Positions 55,421 through 64,000 of a DNA stretch of 64,000 nucleotides are shown in pieces. Under the pieces are notes generated by a model. That model had not been told where the DNA came from. It saw nothing but the letters and a program-made list of their open reading frames with translations, and made no database searches. The DNA is from Nemertoderma westbladi. Its lineage: Eukaryota; Animalia; Xenacoelomorpha. A program made the position numbers and the translations under genes. Positions within the stretch are counted from its first letter, which is position 1. The number at the start of each line of letters is the position of its first letter. The stretch spans positions 1 through 64,000 of the forward strand of contig JAUCBJ010005307.1 in assembly GCA_032718475.1 (NCBI GenBank), read 5' to 3'.

Positions 55421-58400
55421 GGAACATATCAATCAGTAGGTCTACAAGAGCATATAAATCAGTAGATCTACAGGAACATATCAATCAGTAGGTCTACAGG
55501 AGCATATCAATCAGTAGGTCTACAAGAGCATATAAATCAGTAGATCTACAGGAACATATCAATCAGTAGATCTACAGGAACATATCAATCAGTAGGTCTA
55601 CAGGAACATATCAATCAGTAGGTCTACAGGAGCATATCAATCAGTAGGTCTACAAGAGCATATAAATCAGTAGATCTACAGGAACATATCAATCAGTAGG
55701 TCTACAGGAGCATATCAATCAGTAGGTCTACAGGAACATATCAATCAGTAGGTCTACAAGAGCATATAAATCAGTAGATCTACAGGAACATATCAATCAG
55801 TAGGTCTACAGGAGCATATCAATCAGTAGGTCTACAGGAGCATATAAATCATTAGGTCTACAAGAGCATATAAATCAGTAGATCTACAGGAACATATCAA
55901 TCAGTAGGTCTACAGGAGCATATCAATCAGTAGGTCTATAAGAGCATATAAATCAGTAGATCTACAGGAACATATCAATCAGTAGATCTACAGGAACATA
56001 TCAATCAGTAGGTCTACAGGAACATATCAATCAGTAGGTCTACAGGAGCATATCAATCAGTAGGTCTACAAGAGCATATAAATCAGTAGATCTACAGGAA
56101 CATATCAATCAGTAGGTCTACAGGAGCATATCAATCAGTAGGTCTACAGGAACATATCAATCAGTAGGTCTACAAGAGCATATCAATCAGTAGATCTACA
56201 GGAACATATCAATCAGTAGGTCTACAGGAACATATCAATCAGTAGGTCTACAGGAGCATATCAATCAGTAGGTCTACAAGAGCATATAAATCAGTAGATC
56301 TACAGGAACATATCAATCAGTAGGTCTACAGGAGCATATCAATCAGTAGGTCTACAGGAACATATCAATCAGTAGGTCTACAAGAGCATATAAATCAGTA
56401 GATCTACAGGAACATATCAATCAGTAGGTCTACAGGAGCATATCAATCAGTAGGTCTACAGGAGCATATCAATCAGTAGGTCTACAGGAACATATCAATC
56501 AGTAGGTCTACAGGAGCATATCAATCAGTAGGTCTACAGGAGCATATCAATCAGTAGGTCTACAGGAGCATATCAATCAGTAGGTCTACAGGAGCATATC
56601 AATCAGTAGGTCTACAAGAGCATATAAATCAGTAGATCTACAGGAACATATCAATCAGTAGGTCTACAGGAGCATATCAATCAGTAGGTCTACAGGAGCA
56701 TATAAATCAGTAGATCTACAGGAACATATAAATCAGTAGATCTACAGGAACATATCAATCAGTAGGTCTACAGGAACATATCAATCAGTAGGTCTACAAG
56801 AGCATATCAATCAGTAGGTCTACAGGAGCATATCGATCAGTAGATCTACAAGAGCATATAAATCAGTAGATCTACAGGAACATATCAATCAGTAGGTCTA
56901 CAGGAGCATATCAATCAGTAGGTCTACAGGAGCATATCAATCAGTAGGTCTACAGGAGCATATCAATCAGTAGATATACAGGAACATATCAATCAGTAGA
57001 TATACAGGAACATATCAATCAGTAGATATACAGGAACATATCAATCAGTAGGTCTACAGGAGCATATCAATCAGTAGGTCTACAGGAGCATATAAATCAG
57101 TAGATCTACAGGAACATATAAATCAGTAGATCTACAGGAACATATCAATCAGTAGGTCTACAGGAACATATCAATCAGTAGGTCTACAAGAGCATATAAA
57201 TCAGTAGGTCTACAGGAGCATATCAATCAGTAGGTCTACAGGAGCATATCAATCAGTAGGTCTACAGGAGCATATCAATCAGTAGATATACAGGAACATA
57301 TCAATCAGTAGATATACAGGAACATATCAATCAGTAGATATACAGGAACATATCAATCAGTAGGTCTACAGGAACATATCAATCAGTAGGTCTACAGGAA
57401 CATATCAATCAGTAGGTCTACAAGAGCATATCAATCAGTAGATCTACAGGAACATATCAATCAGTAGGTCTACAGGAGCATATCGATCAGTAGATCTACA
57501 AGAGCATATAAATCAGTAGATCTACAGGAACATATCAATCAGTAGGTCTACAGGAGCATATCAATCAGTAGGTCTACAGGAGCATATCAATCAGTAGGTC
57601 TACAAGAGCATATAAATCAGTAGATCTACAGGAACATATCAATCAGTAGGTCTACAGGAGCATATCAATCAGTAGGTCTACAGGAGCATATAAATCAGTA
57701 GATCTACAGGAACATATAAATCAGTAGATCTACAGGAACATATCAATCAGTAGGTCTACAGGAACATATCAATCAGTAGGTCTACAAGAGCATATCAATC
57801 AGTAGGTCTACAGGAGCATATCGATCAGTAGATCTACAAGAGCATATAAATCAGTAGATCTACAGGAACATATCAATCAGTAGGTCTACAGGAGCATATC
57901 AATCAGTAGGTCTACAGGAGCATATCAATCAGTAGGTCTACAGGAGCATATCAATCAGTAGATATACAGGAACATATCAATCAGTAGATATCAATCGATC
58001 TCGATCAGTAGATCTACAAGAGCATATAAATCAGTAGATCTACAGGAACATATCAATCAGTAGGTCTACAAGATCATATAAATCAGTAGATCTACAGGAA
58101 CATATCAATCAGTAGGTCTACAGGAGCATATAAATCAGTAGATCTACAGGAACATATCAATCAGTAGGTCTACAGGAGCATATCAATCAGTAGGTCTACA
58201 GGAGCATATCGATCAGTAGGTCTACAGGAGCATATCAATCAGTAGGTCTACAGGAGCATATCAATCAGTAGGTCTACAGGAGCATATCAATCAGTAGATA
58301 TACAGGAACATATCAATCAGTAGATATACAGGAACATATCAATCAGTAGATATACAGGAACATATCAATCAGTAGGTCTACAGGAGCATATCAATCAGTA

Positions 58401-61400
58401 GGTCTACAGGAGCATATAAATCAGTAGATCTACAGGAACATATAAATCAGTAGATCTACAGGAACATATCAATCAGTAGGTCTACAGGAACATATCAATC
58501 AGTAGGTCTACAAGAGCATATCAATCAGTAGGTCTACAGGAGCATATCGATCAGTAGATCTACAAGAGCATATAAATCAGTAGATCTACAGGAACATATC
58601 AATCAGTAGGTCTACAGGAGCATATCAATCAGTAGGTCTACAGGAGCATATCAATCAGTAGGTCTACAAGAGCATATAAATCAGTAGATCTACAGGAACA
58701 TATCAATCAGTAGGTCTACAGGAGCATATCAATCAGTAGGTCTACAGGAGCATATAAATCAGTAGATCTACAGGAACATATAAATCAGTAGATCTACAGG
58801 AACATATCAATCAGTAGGTCTACAGGAACATATCAATCAGTAGGTCTACAAGAGCATATCAATCAGTAGGTCTACAGGAGCATATCGATCAGTAGATCTA
58901 CAAGAGCATATAAATCAGTAGATCTACAGGAACATATCAATCAGTAGGTCTACAGGAGCATATCAATCAGTAGGTCTACAGGAGCATATCAATCAGTAGG
59001 TCTACAGGAGCATATCAATCAGTAGATATACAGGAACATATCAATCAGTAGATATACAGGAACATATCAATCAGTAGATATACAGGAACATATCAATCAG
59101 TAGATATACAGGAACATATCAATCAGTAGATATACAGGAACATATCAATCAGTAGGTCTACAGGAACATATCAATCAGTAGGTCTACAGGAGCATATCAA
59201 TCAGTAGGTCTACAGGAACATATCAATCAGTAGGTCTACAGGAGCATATCAATCAGTAGGTCTACAGGAACATATCAATCAGTAGGTCTACAAGAGCATA
59301 TAAATCAGTAGATCTACAGGACCATATCAATCAGTAGGTCTACAGGAGCATATCAATCAGTAGGTCTACAGGAGCATATAAATCAGTAGATCTACAGGAG
59401 CATATCAATCAGTAGGTCTACAAGAGCATATAAATCAGTAGATCTACAGGAACATATAAATCAGTAGATCTACAGGAACATATCAATCAGTAGGTCTACA
59501 GGAACATATCAATCAGTAGGTCTACAAGAGCATATCAATCAGTAGGTCTACAGGAGCATATCGATCAGTAGATCTACAAGAGCATATAAATCAGTAGATC
59601 TACAGGAACATATCAATCAGTAGGTCTACAGGAGCATATCAATCAGTAGGTCTACAGGAGCATATCAATCAGTAGGTCTACAGGAGCATATCAATCAGTA
59701 GATATACAGGAACATATCAATCAGTAGATATACAGGAACATATCAATCAGTAGATCTACAGGAACATATCAATCAGTAGGTCTACAGGAGCATATCAATC
59801 AGTAGGTCTACAGGAGCATATAAATCAGTAGATCAACAGGAACATATCAATCAGTAGGTCTACAGGAGCATATCAATCAGTAGGTCTACAGGAGCATATC
59901 AATCAGTAGGTATACAAGAGCATATCAATCAGTAGGTTTACAGGAGCATATCAATCAGTAGGTTTACAGGAGCATATCAATCAGTAGGTTTACAGGAGCA
60001 TATCAATCAGTAGGTCTACAGGAGCATATCAATCAGTAGGTCTACAGGAGCATATCAATCAGTAGGTATACAAGAGCATATCAATCAGTAGGTTTACAAG
60101 AGCATATCAATCAGTAGGTATACAAGAGCATATCAATCAGTAGGTTTACAGGAGCATATCAATCAGTAGGTTTACAGGAGCATATCAATCAGTAGGTTTA
60201 CAGGAGCATATCAATCAGTAGATCTACAGAAACATATCAATCAGTAGGTTTACAGGAGCATATCAATCAGTAGGTCAACAGGAGCATATCAATCAGTAGG
60301 TCTACAGGAGCATATAAATCAGTAGGTCTACAGGAGAATATCAATCAGTAGATATACAGGAACATATCAATCAGTAGATATACAGGAACATATCAATCAG
60401 TAGATATACAGGAACATATCAATCAGTAGATATACAGGAACATATCAATCAGTAGATATACAGGAACATATCAATCAGTAGGTCTACAGGAACATATCAA
60501 TCAGTAGGTCTACAGGAGCATATCAATCAGTAGATATACAGGAACATATCAATCAGTAGATCTACAGGAACATATCAATCAGTAGGTCTACAAGAGCATA
60601 TAAATCAGTAGATCTACAGGAACATATCAATCAGTAGGTCTACAGGAGCATATCAATCAGTAGGTCTACAAGAGCATATAAATCAGTAGATCTACAGGAA
60701 CATATCAATCAGTAGATCTACAGGAACATATCAATCAGTAGGTCTACAGGAACATATCAATCAGTAGGTCTACAGGAGCATATCAATCAGTAGGTCTACA
60801 AGAGCATATCAATCAGTAGGTCTACAGGAGCATATCAATCAGTAGGTCTACAGGAGCATATCAATCAGTAGGTCTACAGGAGCATATCAATCAGTAGGTC
60901 TACAGGAGCATATCAATCAGTAGGTCTACAGGAGCATATCAATCAGTAGATCTACAGGAACATATCAATCAGTAGGTCTACAGGAGCATATCAATCAGTA
61001 GGTCTACAGGAGCATATCAATCAGTAGATCTACAGGAACATATCAATCAGTAGGTCTACAGGAGCATATCAATCAGTAGGTCTACAGGAACATATCAATC
61101 AGTAGGTCTACAGGAGCATATCAATCAGTAGGTCTACAGGAACATATCAATCAGTAGGTCTACAGGAGCATATCAATCAGTAGATCTACAGGAACATATC
61201 AATCAGTAGGTCTACAAGAGCATATAAATCAGTAGATCTACAGGAACATATCAATCAGTAGGTCTACAGGAGCATATCAATCAGTAGGTCTACAAGAGCA
61301 TATAAATCAGTAGATCTACAGGAACATATCAATCAGTAGATCTACAGGAACATATCAATCAGTAGGTCTACAGGAACATATCAATCAGTAGGTCTACAGG

Positions 61401-64000
61401 AGCATATCAATCAGTAGGTCTACAGGAGAATATAAATCAGTAGATCTACAGGAACATATCAATCAGTAGGTCTACAGGAGCATATCAATCAGTAGGTCTA
61501 CAGGAACATATCAATCAGTAGGTCTACAAGAGCATATAAATCAGTAGATCTACAGGAACATATCAATCAGTAGGTCTACAGGAGCATATCAATCAGTAGG
61601 TCTACAGGAGCATATAAATCAGTAGATCTACAGGAGCATATCAATCAGTAGGTCTACAAGAGCATATAAATCAGTAGATCTACAGGAACATATAAATCAG
61701 TAGATCTACAGGAACATATCAATCAGTAGGTCTACAGGAGCATATCAATCAGTAGGTCTACAAGAGCATATGAATCAGTAGGTCTACAGGAGCATATCAA
61801 TCAGTAGGTCTACAGGAGCATATCAATCAGTAGGTCTACAGGAGCATATCAATCAGTAGGTCTACAAGAGCATATAAATCAGTAGGTCTACAGGAGCATA
61901 TCAATCAGTAGGTCTACAAGAGCATATCAATCAGTAGGTCTACAGGAGCATATCAATCAGTAGGTCTACAGGAGCATATCAATCAGTAGGTCTACAGGAG
62001 CATATCAATCAGTAGGTCTACAAGAGCATATAAATCAGTAGATCTACAGGAACATATCAATCAGTAGATCTACAGGAACATATCAATCAGTAGATCTACA
62101 GGAACATATCAATCAGTAGGTCTACAGGAGCATATCAATCAGTAGGTCTACAGGAGCATATCAATCAGTAGGTCTACAGGAACATATCAATCAGTAGGTC
62201 TACAGGAACATATCAATCAGTAGGTCTACAGGAGCATATCAATCAGTAGGTCTACAGGAACATATCAATCAGTAGGTCTACAGGAGCATATCAATCAGTA
62301 GGTCTACAGGAGCATATCAATCAGTAGGTCTTCAGGAACATATCAATCAGTAGGTCTACAAGAGCATATAAATCAGTAGATCTACAGGAACATATCAATC
62401 AGTAGGTCTACAAGAGCATATAAATCAGCAGATCTACAGGAACATATCAATCAGTAGGTCTACAAGAGCATATAAATCAGTAGATCTACAGGAACATATA
62501 AATCAGTAGATCTACAGGAACATATCAATCAGTAGGTCTACAGGAGCATATCAATCAGTAGGTCTACAAGAGCATATAAATCAGTAGATCTACAGGAACA
62601 TATCAATCAGTAGGTCTACAGGAGCATATCAATCAGTAGATCTACAAGAGCATATAAATCAGTAGATCTACAGGAACATATCAATCAGTAGATCTACAGG
62701 AACATATCAATCAGTAGGTCTACAGGAACATATCAATCAGTAGGTCTACAGGAGCATATCAATCAGTAGGTCTACAAGAGCATATAAATCAGTAGATCTA
62801 CAGGAACATATCAATCAGTAGGTCTACAGGAGCATATCAATCAGTAGGTCTACAAGAGCATATAAATCAGTAGATCTACAGGAACATATCAATCAGTAGG
62901 TCTACAGGAGCATATCAATCAGTAGATCTACAGGAGCATATCAATCAGTAGATCTACAAGAGCATATAAATCAGTAGATCTACAGGAACATATCAATCAG
63001 TAGGTCTACAGGAGCATATCAATCAGTAGGTCTACAAGAGCATATAAATCAGTAGATCTACAGGAACATATCAATCAGTAGGTCTACAGGAGCATATCAA
63101 TCAGTAGATCTACAAGAGCATATAAATCAGTAGATCTACAGGAACATATCAATCAGTAGATCTGCAGGAACATATCAATCAGTAGGTCTACAGGAACATA
63201 TCAATCAGTAGGTCTACAGGAGCATATCAATCAGTAGGTCTACAAGAGCATATAAATCAGTAGATCTACAGGAACATATCAATCAGTAGGTCTACAGGAG
63301 CATATCAATCAGTAGGTCTACAAGAGCATATGAATCAGTAGGTCTACAGGAGCATATCAATCAGTAGGTCTACAGGAGCATATCAATCAGTAGGTCTACA
63401 GGAGCATATCAATCAGTAGGTCTACAAGAGCATATAAATCAGTAGGTCTACAGGAGCATATCAATCAGTAGGTCTACAAGAGCATATCAATCAGTAGGTC
63501 TACAGGAGCATATCAATCAGTAGGTCTACAGGAGCATATCAATCAGTAGGTCTACAGGAGCATATCAATCAGTAGGTCTACAAGAGCATATAAATCAGTA
63601 GATCTACAGGAACATATCAATCAGTAGATCTACAGGAACATATCAATCAGTAGATCTACAGGAACATATCAATCAGTAGGTCTACAGGAGCATATCAATC
63701 AGTAGGTCTACAGGAGCATATCAATCAGTAGGTCTACAGGAACATATCAATCAGTAGGTCTACAGGAGCATATCAATCAGTAGGTCTACAGGAGCATATC
63801 AATCAGTAGGTCTACAAGAGCATATAAATCAGTAGATCTACAGGAACATATCAATCAGTAGATCTACAGGAACATATCAATCAGTAGGTCTACAGGAACA
63901 TATCAATCAGTAGGTCTACAGGAGCATATCAATCAGTAGGTCTACAAGAGCATATAAATCAGTAGATCTACAGGAACATATCAATCAGTAGGTCTACAAG

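Larger units (their letters stand above)
830..64000 (+). repeat. 26-bp tandem satellite array, consensus CATATCAATCAGTAGGTCTACAGGAG, ~2,400 copies, open at the right edge
   Basis: Directly visible. In pure tracts the 60-nt line pattern recurs every 780 bp (30 x 26). The first unit is 830-855 (CATATCAACCAGTAGGTCTACAGGGG). The consensus is 11/26 GC, has no CpG, and is in one orientation throughout. Every unit has stops on both strands (TAG on +; TAG and TGA on -), and 26 is not a multiple of 3, so all six frames are closed. Confidence 0.99.

Noticed and set aside
830-64000. CRISPR array (repeat of CRISPR-like length with an internal dyad)
   Set aside because: The units are directly adjacent with no unique spacers, there are no cas genes, and the flank is a eukaryotic LINE.
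830-64000. Telomerase-synthesised long telomeric repeat (yeast-style 20-26-mers; TAGG resembles insect TTAGG)
   Set aside because: There is no marked G-rich strand (6 G versus 5 C per unit) and no match to telomere motifs I know. Variants are inherited in multi-kb duplicated blocks, indicating recombination or replication-based amplification. A terminal location cannot be excluded from this window.
830-64000. Repetitive protein-coding sequence
   Set aside because: The 26-bp period shifts frame each unit and there are stops on both strands, so no frame stays open much beyond ~78 bp. The ORF track is empty here.

Overview
This is eukaryotic-type, essentially non-genic DNA. Bases 1-~500 (minus strand) hold an uninterrupted fragment of a non-LTR retrotransposon reverse transcriptase, RTE-clade-like (LTDLDFADDL...GLFINSRKTK...FCYLGSWI...LLYGSPCW). 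It runs off the left edge, so the ORF track misses it; the two listed + strand ORFs are its antisense shadows. After ~330 bp of unassigned unique sequence, a head-to-tail 26-bp satellite (consensus CATATCAATCAGTAGGTCTACAGGAG, roughly 2,400 copies) starts abruptly at 830 and continues past 64000. No inversions or foreign insertions were seen in the array. Rare unit variants act as barcodes and record a layered amplification history: a tandem duplication of ~8.6 kb (marker offset 9123 bp), a partial third copy, nested duplications at offsets of 468, 546, 864/1043, 1222, 1560 and 2239 bp, recurrent 159-bp spacing of a 29-bp variant, hints of ~19-20 kb long-range correspondence, and one complex repair-like scar near 57990. 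I found no CRISPR array, RNA gene or intact protein-coding gene, and the sequence alone does not establish a novel biological system. All counts and boundaries were read by eye and are approximate.
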